The notes: generated from the letters alone by a model not told the origin. Numbered from the whole stretch's first letter, positions 36,311-50,600 are shown. The stretch is 63,882 nucleotides of DNA, filler included, from Rhabdomonas costata (GCA_019059605.1; 52 parts of 52 records of this genome joined end to end with filler, not necessarily neighbours in it), one strand, 5' to 3'. Numbers and translations: made by a program.

Positions 36311-39187
36311 CAACACACAAAACTACGAGTAGTTAATGAGAGCCGGCGAACGACGGCTGGAAACCTGAGGGCGACCAATGGTGTCGGTTAGAAGGGGTAT
36401 TGGGCGCACAGCTGGAACGCTGGAACGTGCCTAGTGTGGTAGGTAGCTGGAGTGTAAGTATCTAGGGTAGGCTCCCATATCACATTATCACCCGGCAGTG
36501 GGCTGTAGCCGGGTTCCTGGAAGAGGGCCCGAAAGTCACGGGCGACAAGCATGAGAAACACAGTCATGGCATATTCAGTGGGGCATCGAGGCTCTTCCCA
36601 GCGGAGATCATCTTCCTTCCTTTAGGTTCCGTCGGGCACGAGGTCTACGCCCTTGTCTTCAGCCTTTTGAGCAACGTGCAGACACGAGGGCAACATGTAA
36701 ACAACCTGTCTCCACCGGTCGAACATCCCCGTGTTCTGCACATGGGCCAGGACCAGCTCCGCAGGGTCCCCAGACAGTGCCAACGGGCCAGCGACGGCCA
36801 TTTGGGATTCCGCTCCACCCCCACANNNNNNNNNNNNNNNNNNNNNNNNNNNNNNNNNNNNNNNNNNNNTTAATTAATTAANNNNNNNNNNNNNNNNNNN
36901 NNNNNNNNNNNNNNNNNNNNNNNNNTGTGTTTTTGGGCAGAAACAAAGGCGAAAAGGTAAACCATGGAAAGCAGAAACCAAAAAGAGGAGAGGTTGGGGG
37001 AGTGGGAGTAGTGTACTCGGAGCAGCCGGGCGCAGCTGGAGCTCCTCCCTAAGGCCACGGGAAGTCTCGCGTTCCACAAGCAGCTGCTCGTCTTTCGTGC
37101 AGCACAGCTGGTGTAGCTGGACAAACTTCTGACGCAGTGACTCCAGCTCTGCATTTAGCTCCCTACCAAAAAAACAAATCGCCCCCGGCTATGAACACCC
37201 CAGCTGACATGAGGGGAGTTTTCGTACAGCACCCACTAGTGTCGCGCCTCCCACTTGCCATGAGTCACACAGAAATAAGTTTTGTCGGTGACTTTTGCAC
37301 CTCATATTGTTCCCTTATGTCTCCCTCTGGGGCCTAAGCCAACCTGGCGAATCCACGGAACAAAAATCTCAATCACAGTGTTCGGAGCTTTGGTGATTGA
37401 TGTGTTCCTGGGTCGCGTTTACCCGAAAGCCCGAAAGAAACTCTTGGAAAGCAAATTGAAGAGAACAAAACCTTCACCATTCTCCAGGTGAGACTGTCTG
37501 AGCATGAGAAGCATTGAACATTCCTCGCATGAATTTTTTTCATTTTGCGTTTGTGCCTTGACTTCTCTGTTCTCGATTTGTGTTGACTCTTGTATTTCTG
37601 CACGCATTGTTCGCTCATGTGTGAAGCATCTGCCTGAAATCTCTGCCAAAGTAGCCAAAACAAGAACAAGCGCAACAAGCCTGATTCGCCTCTGTTCTTC
37701 CGGGCTTTCTCCGCCGCCATGCGAAGCCTCGCGGGTCCTGGAAGGATGGGAGACCTCGTTCTGCGCTCGGCTTGCGCGAGACTCGCGAAGGGCCTTCTCT
37801 GCCACTGCCAGCTGCTGGTCTTTGTGCTCTATCATCACTGTGAAGTATTCGATCAGATCCATCACTTGCCTGAAACGGGCGAGTGAAGTGGAGCGAAAAC
37901 CCCGCACAAAACACAGCAATTTCAGAATACACCTGCTGATCGAGCTTTTCCAAGTGGTGTGTATGCGACAGGAGCCCTGACCTCACACGGAAAGATGTGA
38001 AAGAGAAAATTCTGGCGATGAAGACCTGTCCTTGGAGTTGTCTCCCCACCACCACNNNNNNNNNNNNNNNNNNNNNNNNNNNNNNNNNNNNNNNNNNNNT
38101 TAATTAATTAANNNNNNNNNNNNNNNNNNNNNNNNNNNNNNNNNNNNNNNNNNNNTTTGTTGTGTTGTTCCATTTCCGTTTTTTCTGGGGTTCGTTTTGC
38201 TTGTTGTTGTATTTGCATTCTTCTCATGTGTACGACGATGCTGTGTATGCTGCGGCCCCCAAACGGCAGTCACCGCCACACCTTCGGCCTCAAAGCCACC
38301 GAAAATTCGCCGTTCACCCCAGCCGCCAGTACAAAGTATGCTGTGCAATTTGTGTTCAAATGTTGCAACCACGGTTATTAGGAAGGTATCCGCGCAACGA
38401 ACGTCGCTAAATCTCACCTTTGAGGCACCGCGGCAAGTTTTCGCATAATTCACATTCCAGCCGTTATTCTCGCTTCTAACATCACCCAAAAGTTCCGTGG
38501 GGCGAAACACTCTTGTGTCAAACAGTCTCCAGACGAAAAGACGAAAAGGCAGCACAAAGATCACCACAATGTCTTCGAGAAAGGCCATCTTCTCCAAATC
38601 AAAGGACGCGATAGCGTCGCTGAGTTCCACGGCGACCTGCAAAAGGAGCGAGGAAGCACAGAAGCGCATTTAACACACCGACGTTGGAAACGGGCCGAAT
38701 TAATTATGCTTTCCCGGCCAGGTTGCCACAAAAAGCAAAAAGACGTCAACGCGGATCACTGGAAGGAGAGGGTTTTACCCTTTTCTCTCTTCTTTCTTGG
38801 GATTCTGGGGTGGGATTGCGTGGTGCAAAATGCCTCTGGTTGTTGGAGTGAGTGAGTCCGAGTGGTGCCAGGGGTCACGAACGCACGATTGGTGGTTTTG
38901 TGGAAATTTCTTGCACCCGGGGTTTGGAATTCTGGATTCGGGGTGCTGGAGTACGAGTATCTTTCGAGATATGCTGTTGGCGGGTTGGTGCTGGTATTTG
39001 GGGCTTTGGTGTTGGATTTGTGAATTCAGGTGTTTGGGTTTGGAGTAGATGCGATGGCGGTGCATCGGTGGGTTAGGAGTGGTATCTGGGTGCTTGGAGT
39101 GTGGGGTGAACCCAACCAAGATGCGAACCCAAACACCCACACTAGAAATTCCAACACCAAAATGCATAAAATTCCCAATCAAGAACC

Positions 39188-39223
39188 AACCCTAACCCTA
39201 ACCCTAACCCTAACCCTAACCCT
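39188..39223 (+). repeat. Interstitial telomere-type repeat (AACCCT)6, equivalent to TTAGGG
   Basis: Six perfect units. Confidence 0.85.
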
Positions 39224-42200
39224 GTCCTCAGCCCAATTCCACCTTCCAAGTCACCACTGGCCCCATACCTGCAACCAGCCCCTAACNNNNNNNNNNNNNN
39301 NNNNNNNNNNNNNNNNNNNNNNNNNNNNNNTTAATTAATTAANNNNNNNNNNNNNNNNNNNNNNNNNNNNNNNNNNNNNNNNNNNNTTTTGTCTCTGTGC
39401 TGCTCGACATTTTTTCCAAGGAGTGGTGAGTGAGTCACTTCCTCTCTCACGTGCGTATTTTCCGTTGCTCTTGCGGTGAGCACACACCCCATTGACCAAA
39501 TCCGTTTCCCTCACGTCCTCGAAATGGATTTCGAGGACGGCGTCCTCTCATTCAACAGCATCCCGGAGACCCAGGCGAAGGTTCCACCTTCCAAGAAGTG
39601 CCTAGAGTTTCTCAACAGCTTTGCTGCGGTAGCTCCCGCTCCTCTCCACTTCACCCCCCCCTCTCTCTCCCGTCCGCTCACGCTTGCCACCAGCTCCGCA
39701 GCTCCACGCCACGATGCAAACTTATCAGCGTGGTTCCCGGTGACGAAAGACACAGTGGCCATCTGCTGTGCAGTTCGGTATTATTCCTAGTCGCAGATCC
39801 CGTGGTCGATGGTAAGCATTATTTGCATTGTCTGTGCGCAAGAGACTGTTGATAAGACACCCCACTCCCCCCCACGTACCATCACCCGATCACCGCCATT
39901 TTTTTCGTTGCTCTTTTTCAGCGGACGCATCGAGGGCACGGATCTTCCCATTTGAATAGTCTGGTCAGCGGAGGTTTTTCGCGCGGGAAAGTGGCCAAGA
40001 CAAACTTTGCTGCCTCGCGACGGAAACAAGCACATCTGACTCCTTTGCATTACTCTTTGCGGGCTTCGCCCAAATTTTTACAATCTGCCCTCCATTTTTG
40101 CCCCCTCTTTCTCTCTCTCTCTCTTGCCCTGCTGCAGACCCATCAGCTCAAGAATCTACCCGATGAAGGGGACTTCTGCCCTGTGAAGACCGTCGCGATG
40201 GTTGTGGACGCGCTGAAGGTGACGCGCCGCAGCACGGACCTCTTTCTGCTGCGGCTGCGGAGGTTTGTGCACCGGTCGCTTCAGCTCTCGGCATGGATCC
40301 GGCGCTGGCTTCGAGCCCGCGACTGTGCCGTAACCAAGGTGTGCCCCATTCCCCAACCTTGCTTCTGATGGATTTTTTTGGCATGTTTGTCGATGCTGTT
40401 GTGCAACGCCTGCTACCCCCAGCGAGTTAACACTATAAAGAAGCTTTTATCCCATATGGGATAAAAGCTTCTTTATAGTGTTAACTCGCTGGGGGTAGCA
40501 GGCGTTGCACAACACANNNNNNNNNNNNNNNNNNNNNNNNNNNNNNNNNNNNNNNNNNNNTTAATTAATTAANNNNNNNNNNNNNNNNNNNNNNNNNNNN
40601 NNNNNNNNNNNNNNNNCCGCCAAGCGCACGCCCGCCGCATATGTGACGGTCACCCCCGCGTGCTTGAAGAGAAAGCGCAAAAAAGCCTCAGGATCGAGGC
40701 GTGAATCTAAAGCTCTCGAACGATAAGTGGTTGAGGAACCACTCCATTGCAAAAGGCCCTTTTTTTGATGGCTCGATTCAAAAGGCTCGGGAGCGCTGAA
40801 GTGTGCAGAAGGAAAAGTCAACCATGCGAGAAGACACATGAGTTCTGGTGTGGCCCACGACAAACGTCTCTCGTCTGTTCCATCGATGTCAAGCCTAATG
40901 CACTGCCTGATTCTATTGCATTTGCACCACGTCCCTCTGATCAAAGGTTGGTGAATCGTCGTCCGTGAGCCGGCTGAAAGTGGGACGACCAGGATGGCGG
41001 TGCCGACAGGAGCGTCCGGGTCATCGGATTATCTGCCATGAAGAATTCCAAGAAACGTCTTGGGGTCACGAAGGAAATTTCGGTTCTCAAAAAGGTTTAC
41101 CAAAACTTTTTCTTCCCTTCCCTTGCCTTGATGAGGTGGTTTGCCTTGTGCCGCACACATGACGCTTGCTTGTTTGCGTAATATTGGCACCCCGTACGTG
41201 CGGGAATGCCCAAGTCAAGATCTATCTTTATTTACCGACAACTTACTGATGTTGATGCCGTTTTGCAGGATCCTACACTGAAGGCTTTTTGATTCACAAG
41301 GCTTACCAAAACTAACGGCCAAACTATGTGCCTCGCCGTCGAAAAATTCCACAAAATAGCGGAAAAGTAAGCTTAATGTCTGCTTAAAGCTGACTTCCCC
41401 AACCGATGCCCACAGCACTGACAATCTCCGACTGGAAAATCAGGTGTTGACAACCCCAGCACCTCTTACCGCACAGGAGAAAGTGTACTCTGTACTGCTA
41501 TCAATCATCCTCATCCTCAGGCTCATCCTCATGGAGTGCGATGCGATCCACGTGGCTGCTGATTCCTTGCATGTCCTCCATTCCTATCGTCCGATTCTGA
41601 TTTCGCCCGAGGAGCCAGAGGAGAGAAGCCTGCGTTCTGCAAGGCTGCCCAAAGGATGGGTTCGCTCACCGGAACCTCAACCCTGGCGAAACCATTCAGG
41701 TACTTAGCCACGTCCTGTGGATCCATCTGCTCTACCACACCCCACCNNNNNNNNNNNNNNNNNNNNNNNNNNNNNNNNNNNNNNNNNNNNTTAATTAATT
41801 AANNNNNNNNNNNNNNNNNNNNNNNNNNNNNNNNNNNNNNNNNNNNGTGGTGGGTGTGTTTGGTATGCTGTTGCGAGGAGCAGGCGAGAAGAAGCGAGAG
41901 GGATGAATATGACAGACCAGCAGTTCATGCAAGCTATCACGATGGAGGCAGGCACGCAAGGCAGGAGGAGGATGGATGGAGAAGAGGGGAGGGAAAACTC
42001 GAGAGACCCTCCCCGCATGGCACCTGACGAGGAGAGGATGCCGCTGACTATATAGTGCCGATTTTTGTGGCCAGCCACCAACCCTCAGTAATGTACAAAG
42101 CCAAGCCAAGGCAACCCGTAGTTGCAATGGGACTGAGGGACAGGAGAAGAGAGCAGAGGATTGTGGGGGAGGGAGGATTCGTTCGTTGGCTGTGGAGGCG

Positions 42201-43281
42201 GAAACGGCAACGGTATTCACGTGGGGCCGTTAGTAGGGTGCGACCCAGCCGAACTTCCAGGTCATCTTCGGGGGTGCAGCGGGGGTGGCGGCCTTGCTCC
42301 GGCGCAGGAGGTCCGCCGCGATTACGTCCGAGGAGTGGCCCTGCACGTACTCCTGCATCCCAACCGAAATGCGGTGCAGGAAGAAGAGAGGCTCGCGCCA
42401 AAAGTCGTGGGGAAAAAAGACAAAGGCAGTTCACAGTGTTCACTCCCTCGCACCCAGTGCGCGGGACAAAGGTTTGGATGGTTTTGTGCTTGGCGCTTGC
42501 AATGTACTGGCCGGTAGTGAACTTTCGCGGAACCAAATCCCGAAGGACGAGTGCGGCCGGTCACAGGGCGGAGATCACTCACTCGCACATGAAACTGGTG
42601 TCTAAGGTGTGGCAAAGAAGGCACACAGGTGGGGCGAGCATGCATGTATGGTGTGATTGATATCATACAAATGCATGTGTGTGCGTCGGGAAACCCGTGG
42701 CACGTGAAGAGCCGCGAGAATGCGGCACGCGCTCGGCTCCACACACAAACACACAACACTGTGCATCACCGCCCCACCCCTCCACACACACTTAGGGAGG
42801 TAGGGGACGAGAGAGGAGAGAGAACCTCCAGAGAGGCAATCCCCTTGTCCAGGGAACCCTCCAGGATCAAGCGCACGGCATCGTGGTACAGTGTGAAGGG
42901 ATCCAACCGTTCCGAGTCAAGCGAGCCCGAGGAGTACAACCTAAGCCCACCAAAACAAAGCGAGTAAACAAAAAANNNNNNNNNNNNNNNNNNNNNNNNN
43001 NNNNNNNNNNNNNNNNNNNTTAATTAATTAANNNNNNNNNNNNNNNNNNNNNNNNNNNNNNNNNNNNNNNNNNNNTGTTTGTGGGCCCCCAATCACCGTC
43101 AATTCGCTTAAAAGGATCTCAAGGTTTCTCTATCAATTGACGCAACGCAACGCAGTTCCCGCTGCCTTGCGTCAATTGATAGAGAAACCTTGAGATCCTT
43201 TTAAGCGAATTGACGGTGATTGGGGGCCCAAAATAAACTAACACGGAAAAAGGTCTAAAATGAACAAAAGGAGGGACTTAC

Positions 43282-43418
43282 CCAGAAATAGGAATGCCAT
43301 GAACTGCACCGCCACGCTGGAGAAGAAGCCGCTCTGGGTGCTCATGTCGATGTGGTAGTACACGCTGCCCAGCAGGGTGGCCACCACGGCGACGAGCATG
43401 ATCCGAGTGAAGTTGTAC
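43282..43418 (-). CDS. ABCG/PDR transporter, ABC-2 membrane domain exon
   Basis: AG/GT-bounded exon reading YNFTRIMLVAVVATLLGSVYYHIDMSTQSGFFSSVAVQFMAFLFLG, matching the YN..R.......L.G..Y TM1 motif. Confidence 0.8.
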
Positions 43419-46400
43419 CTAAGGTGTGCATGCAAAGGGAGAGAGAGAAAAATGAGAGAGAAGAAGAAGAAGAGTGAGAAAAGACAAGGAGTACACAGAC
43501 AACGGCTGAGCATGGTACATCGGTCGGTTAAGGTCACCAAAACAGTGGTGTGGAGTGCCCGTCCACACCAATGCGTTGTAACGCGGTGCACTAGGTAGGT
43601 ATTCGAACAGAAGACTTGCAGATGGAGACACACTCTTCTTGTTTGAGGCATGTGGCGGTGGACAGATAGATATGCCAAGGATCGATCGTTCCTGCGGGAA
43701 GTGAGGCGCTGGCTACCCTCTGCTATCCTATGCTTATGCTTTCCTATGTGGCTGCCTGGGCAGTGGGGCCCTCCGGGCGTGGTTCCGTCCGTCCCCCGCC
43801 CCTCGCACAATTCACCTACGAGAGGATGGCCTTGGCGCCTCCCTCACCATTGCACTACTTGCACTACTAAATCCGGACTTTCAACAAAAGTCCCAAGGCA
43901 TGCCCCAGCAGGCATTGCACTTCCCAGATTTACAGTCGCAAAAACGCTGAGGCCCAACCTGGCTATCCCCGCTCTGCAAGGGGCGAGAGACTGAAGGGAA
44001 ACGAGGATTTGGGTAGGAAGGATTCGCGGTGAATTGGACACCACTGGTGCTGGGCACCCAGTAAGACACTACAAGACGCACAACAGGAGAACAGAATGGT
44101 AACGCAATGGCGAAAAAGGGAATGCATCTCTCTGTTCTCCTGTTGTGCGTCTTGTAGTGTCTTACTGGGTGCCCAGCACCAGTGGTGTCCAATTCACCAC
44201 CAACCNNNNNNNNNNNNNNNNNNNNNNNNNNNNNNNNNNNNNNNNNNNNTTAATTAATTAANNNNNNNNNNNNNNNNNNNNNNNNNNNNNNNNNNNNNNN
44301 NNNNNGGGGGGGGGGGGTCTGGCGGACAAAGCGAGGACCATTTCTCTTTCTTTTTTCTTCTCAAAAGATGTTTTCCTGTGTAGCTCTCTCTGTGCCGTGT
44401 CTTCCTCCTGTAAAATATTGCACTTTACTTTTACGTTTTTTTGTAATTTTTTCACTTTGCGTTGTGCACCATATCGCGCGCGCGCACACACACTTCAGTT
44501 ATTAGTTGTCAAAATGCTGCCAAGCGAAATCCACTCTATAAGCCAGAAAGCACGCTTGATGAAACATTCACCCAGCGAATCAGGCAAAGTTTTGGGTCGA
44601 AGGTAATGGCCTCAATGTGACGCTGTCTGTCAGGCTTTGCCTTATATGCTGAAGCCCGGAGCAGCACCACAAGAACACACACAGAAGCGCACACACACGC
44701 CTCTGTACGAGTGCGTCCTTCCACGCCCTCAGGTTGCGGGAGCGCTGCGGGCTGGGCCTCCTGGAGTTGCTCTAGGGGGCGGCGGTTTGGCGGGAAGGGA
44801 CGTTGGGCCAGGCTTTGAGCCCCCCATGGTCTCCGCTCCCGGGGAGGAGGACAAGGGCCACCCTCTCCACGGTGCCCTGCAGGTGACCAAGAGGAAAGGG
44901 GGGGGGGATGTGTGGTAGGTAGGGTTTCAGGGTACCCCGCCCATGGGCGTGGTAGCATGGAGCAGAGTTCTGTGAGAGTCAGTAGAACTCCGATTACTCC
45001 AGAGCCAGTCCAGCATGACAGAAACTGAACGACCACACGCAGTCAGGAGCTTGCGCAATAGAGTCTGCCTTGGCTTTCAGCGAGTGGTATACACCGCACC
45101 GGCGAGCAGTCGGCAGGGTACATTCCCTAATTCAGAAGCTGAGGGCGAGCAGAGGACGGAGACACTAGCTCCCCGTTAGCCTGCTAATCGCCCAGCGCAT
45201 CCGTCATCCGTTTTGTAGAGGGGGGGTGTGGACCATTTCTCCTCAGCTCTCCATTTCTTTTCGCGGAAGTTTCTTTTCTATTCAATCCATTGACTTTTCC
45301 TGTGCTTTCCAGTGTTGCTGTGTGCTCGCAGGCTCTGCCAGCAAGGTCCCCTATTCAGCCCACCCTGTCTTCTGTTCCACGTCATGACCAGAGCCAACGC
45401 ACCACAACCCACCTAGGAACACAACGAAGCCAATAANNNNNNNNNNNNNNNNNNNNNNNNNNNNNNNNNNNNNNNNNNNNTTAATTAATTAANNNNNNNN
45501 NNNNNNNNNNNNNNNNNNNNNNNNNNNNNNNNNNNNTGTTGTTGTGGTCCGTGGGCTGGAGGCCCCTAACAATGCCGGGCCGACCGCCAGTGTCCGCTCC
45601 AGCTCCTTGGATGTCACGCGTCTTCCGTCTGGGCTGGAGCTAGTCGAGCTCTGACCTGAGAAGAAAGGAGCCATCCTTCTTTTTAAACCCGCGTTGACGG
45701 TCCTCTGTCTGGCTTCTGAATTCTGCGGATGCGAATAGACAACCTTGTCCTGGCATCCTTGTCTCTCACTTCTGCGCTTGCTTTTATACAACCTGCGCTA
45801 CCCTCTGGAGCCCGCGGGGAGTGCATCAGGGCTGCTGTGATTTTCCACAGCAACTGGTGTTGTATGGTCTCCAACTCCTCCCTCTCTTTCGCTTCCTGTA
45901 AGGTTTTTTGGCGCTGAAAGACAATCTACGAATTCCCTTTGGGAACGTGGTGCACATTGTCGCGGGCTCAATTTCCCTTTCTCTGCGTCTCATTTTCTCC
46001 CATCCCCTCGCTCAGGCGTGTCTGGGCCTGCGAGCTTCCATGCACAATCCCACAATCCCATTGCTTCCTGTCCATTGCATTCCGCTCCGAACTTTTCACG
46101 TTGGTGCTGACATGACTGAACACTCTTGAAACCCACATGGATTGTCTCCGCACGCGTTCGCACGCGTTCGGTGCTCTACCTTTTTATATCAGGTGTGCTC
46201 GTTCTCTTGCGTAGAGACTAAGGAAAGAGTCAGGCGAGCCGGTGGGACTGGCCTCCCACCCGCAAAACACGGGTGTGTGTATTGCATATGGGTGTGTTTT
46301 GGGTGAAGTCTATCCACACCGGGTTGTGGTGCCCGGGGGACCTTGCAAGGTCACCTTTGTGCACACGACCGATCCCACCCCACCCCCATACTCTCAAGTT

Positions 46401-47535
46401 AAACTTACCAAGCACACACCGCACCATCATACCCGCATCAGCAACCCGGAACAAGCAGCACACCACCCACCCCATGATCCGCACACAGAATAGTAGCAAC
46501 TCACCGTATACACGCACTCGTACTTTCGCCCTCATCAATACTCTCGCCAATGACGTCGCCCCCACTGCCTCTGATGTTTCCGATGGTGTGGTGGACCAGG
46601 AGACGTGCGTCTCTTTGGTATATTTCCATTCTTATGCAACCTGGAGTGCCCTCGGGGCGGGGCTGGNNNNNNNNNNNNNNNNNNNNNNNNNNNNNNNNNN
46701 NNNNNNNNNNTTAATTAATTAANNNNNNNNNNNNNNNNNNNNNNNNNNNNNNNNNNNNNNNNNNNNTGTTGGTTTGTATGTTGGCCGCTATGGCCCCCAC
46801 GACCCGGAACCTCGAGGACGAAGTGTATGGACAACTTGTTCCATCTTCGACGGAGCGATCTACACGAAATGCCTCCAGGAAAATCCTCGCAACCACGCTA
46901 CCATCTCTGTCGCGGGGGCTGCTTTAACGGTTCCACACCTGTGATTCGTGGGAATCCATCTGCCCAGCAAACCTGCCTAGCCACCGTGCCATCCAAAATG
47001 GATCTTTGTGTTTCTGGCACAAACGCCGATTTATTGGTTTTGCATTGCAAAATTCGTGTGACACTGGTTGCGAAATGCAACTACCCTTGCAGGACTGGGA
47101 CTGCGCAAGACATTATATTAAATTGGGAGGCACGTGGACATGTGCAAAGAAAAAAAGGGAAAACACTTGCGGCCACAAGGTTGTCTCTTTGCGAGGTAGC
47201 GAACGGCGTGGCCACAAGACAAGGTTCAGGCTCAGGAGGTGAGCGCTGAGGAGGAAGAAAGGACCCACTGACAAAGAGGTGAAGAGGGGGAGGGGGGGGT
47301 CAGGCGGACTCCATCCCCCAAGCAGAGCTCGCTTCAACACTTCCTCTCCATCACTTCCAAAACCTCTCTATAGGCCCATACGGAGAGGGCACAGCGGTAT
47401 CCAAAATACCACAGATGTGCTCACGCCGTTTTTTCTTTTGAAGGGAGGAGGGCTGAGAATATCCCCTGTGAGTGTGTCCCCCCCCTAGCCCCTCTCCCGT
47501 TCTCTTCCCTCCCTGGCCTTGGGAGAGAGAATAGT

Positions 47536-47662
47536 TTAGAGATAGTAGAAGCCCGTCGAGAGGTACTTGGGGATGATCGGGGTGGGGTCCCTGTGGGTGC
47601 CGACAAACTTGGCCATCCGGCCGGCATACTCGCACACGCTGGGCATCTTGATCGTGCCAAAC
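47536..47662 (-). CDS. Argonaute/PIWI family protein, last exon
   Basis: After a tgcaag acceptor it reads FGTIKMPSVCEYAGRMAKFVGTHRDPTPIIPKYLSTGFYYL*, which aligns by eye with the PIWI C-terminus G.IRVPAPCQYAHKLAFLVG......L...LYYL*. It is too short to appear in the ORF track. Confidence 0.8.
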
Positions 47663-50600
47663 CTTGCAAGGAAACGGAGAATTTCACAGCACCCTCCGCA
47701 CAAGCGCGCCCATTCCGCCTGAGTTCACCACTTCCCCACCATCACGCAGAAAAACATCAAACATCAAATGATAACCTGTTCCAGAACTAAAAACACAGCA
47801 ACAGTGGACGACAGATTCTCGCACAGGGGTATGAACAATCGCACTGCGAAAAAACCACCTCACACCATGACAGAATAAGAGGCGTGCGCATCCTCTNNNN
47901 NNNNNNNNNNNNNNNNNNNNNNNNNNNNNNNNNNNNNNNNTTAATTAATTAANNNNNNNNNNNNNNNNNNNNNNNNNNNNNNNNNNNNNNNNNNNNGGGT
48001 TGGTGTTAATGCATATGTTTGTCCGCGTCACCTCAAAAAGTCGCAAACGAAAAAAAAAACACCTCCAGGTTAAACCCAGTTTTTTCACCACCCCTTTTTT
48101 AGCTTCTAAGTCCGAAAATGCCTAATTTAGAGTGTACTTTTTGTTTCGTTTGCGACTTTTTGGGGTGACGCGGACAAACATATGCATTAACAGCAAGCAT
48201 CCACTAAATCTCCCCGTTTGATTTTGATGGGATCCGGTATGCTTTGCTTAAGGCTTTGATGTGCTTTTTACGTTTCAAAAAACTATACTAAACTCTCTTT
48301 TGTTTGGAAATTGTTCTCCTTTTTCGAACCCCGCAACTTTTGGACCCTTTCGCGATGCCTGGCTCAAGCCCCATCTTCCTCTTCTCGATCTCTGCTCTCA
48401 CTCTCCTGAGTTCCTGGCTCTCCTCTTCAACTTCCCCGGTTTTTCTAACCTACCTACCGGTGCTCTCGGCGTTGATGGTGTGCCCATACTCTTGACCACC
48501 ACAAAGTAGAAACTGCCCGTTTATGAGCTCTGCATGGCCCTTTTGTCCGCCCCTCACACCATGTGTGCAGATGACAGACAAGCCAAGCCTGATCCCGCAT
48601 TGAACCACACGGCGCTTCTACCTGAAGTTTCCTTTCGGTGGCTCGGGGTGTCTCTCACTCAGCACCCCTCTCCAGCGCAACTTTTGCCATACCGCTCGGG
48701 ATCCGTTCGGGGACCATTGCCTTTGTTTCTCTTCCATTGACAAGCGACGACCTCGGTAAGGATCTTGGAGTCCCCTGCAGGAGTCCCCCTTTTTTGTCGA
48801 GTCCGTTGAGCGTCCTCACCTTGCACTCGACGGTTCCCTCAGTCATCCCCCTAATTTCATTCTCTTCTTGTCGGGCGTATTCAAAGGTTTTGCCACAGAG
48901 AAAACACAGGGTACATCTCAAAAAGGTAGAGTCAGAAGAGGTTTATCGGACTGCTGGGTGGGGCTCTCTTCCGGTCGTGAATGAGACGACCAGAGCCTGG
49001 AGTAAAAGCCCTATTAAGTTTGGGCTCAGCCTTGAGCAAGTCGACTGGCCTTTTGTTCAGGAGAGTTTTCTGGGACTTAGTCGCCGCCTATCCTTTCTCA
49101 TAGCTCACACGGCTGCCAACCAACANNNNNNNNNNNNNNNNNNNNNNNNNNNNNNNNNNNNNNNNNNNNTTAATTAATTAANNNNNNNNNNNNNNNNNNN
49201 NNNNNNNNNNNNNNNNNNNNNNNNNGGTTTCACATAACGGCTTCGGCTTCTACCCACCCACACCTGCAAAGACAGAGGTGACCCCGAACAGGGTCCCCTC
49301 TCTCGCTGCAATCAAGCAGCGGCCATATACGGCACGTCTTAACACAGCTTGAAGGCTGTGGTACACAGCCTAATCCTGTGTGTCAGCGCGGAGCTTACAT
49401 TGATACCATGCAATTAAATGGTGTATGCTGGGGTCTTATGGAAACTTTCTTGCTGATTTTCTTCGTGAATTCGAATACGGCAGTACGTGAGTAAGGAGCC
49501 TATGTGTATTTTCGGATAAGAAATGCACAGCAAGCAAGCAGCCAAACCTCAGCCTTCACGGGCGCCTCGGAGGCTGTGACTTTCTGCCACAGCTCCAACA
49601 AGGCTTGACCCACCTTCTCCGCGCTGAACATGGGCTGCGAGTGGTTCGCAATCGGGGTCTTGGGGTGGATGGCGGAGTAGCGCCAGCCCAGGATGGTGGT
49701 TGCCAGGTGGTGTGCCAGGGTGTAGGTGTCCGTCAGGGGGTGGGGAATGTAGGGCGAAGTCACCGGCTTTGTCATCTCCGTTGGGGTCGACAACTTGAAT
49801 ACGAGAACACGTAACGTGAGTGAAAAGCAAACTGCGAAAAAAGGAGGTTGATTCCAGACTGGTTCGCTTCGATACCAAAGTTTTTTTTAAAATCGGAAGG
49901 GGGCAACAGGCGCATCGAAGCTCAGCACCTCAACAAAGAGCCGTCCCACGTGCGGCTGAGCAGCACAGAGGGTTTACCAAAAGCTTCCATTGCATACCCT
50001 CTCACTCTGTGGACTGCGTTGCTTAGCCAACCACCCCCTAACTGATCCTGACTGAGCAAACCCGGAGCGAAGGAAGCATCGTCTGCATCATGCTCTGGTC
50101 AAATGAGTCCGAAACCTCCGGAGATCGGTTCAGCTGGTCTGCCAGGCTCTGCGAGCATATAAATGCAAAGGCCGAACAGCTCAAAAAGAAAAACGCAGTT
50201 ATCTTCCACCGGATTCGACTGTAATCACAAAAGAAAGGGTACCCCCCCCCACACACACACGCACCAGATAGGCCAGGGGATACCGGTCCGTGCGCAAGAC
50301 ACGGCGGGAAGAGAAAAGCTCCGCCACCGCGGCCGGCCGTGGCAGCCACAACACANNNNNNNNNNNNNNNNNNNNNNNNNNNNNNNNNNNNNNNNNNNNT
50401 TAATTAATTAANNNNNNNNNNNNNNNNNNNNNNNNNNNNNNNNNNNNNNNNNNNNGGTGTGTTGTGCCCGACCGTCGGGAGTCACTCGCTTCACCCTGCA
50501 CCCACACATACGCAACGCAGAACATGTGTCGCGGGGTACCTGGGTAATATTGTCTTCACTTCAAAAGTGAGAACTTTTCATGATTTCGGACTTCAGTGAA

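Noticed and set aside
40398-40514. Perfect ~117-bp palindrome as a MITE or hairpin RNA
   Set aside because: It has no loop, is perfectly symmetrical and sits at the contig end, consistent with a chimera artefact.
42055-42660. Long six-frame ORFs such as this 201-aa one as real genes
   Set aside because: They are antisense or intron-spanning shadows of GC-rich exons. Most ORFs in the track are spurious for an intron-rich genome.
48250-49125. Possible retroelement remnant
   Set aside because: The frames look like broken coding sequence but contain no motif I can name.
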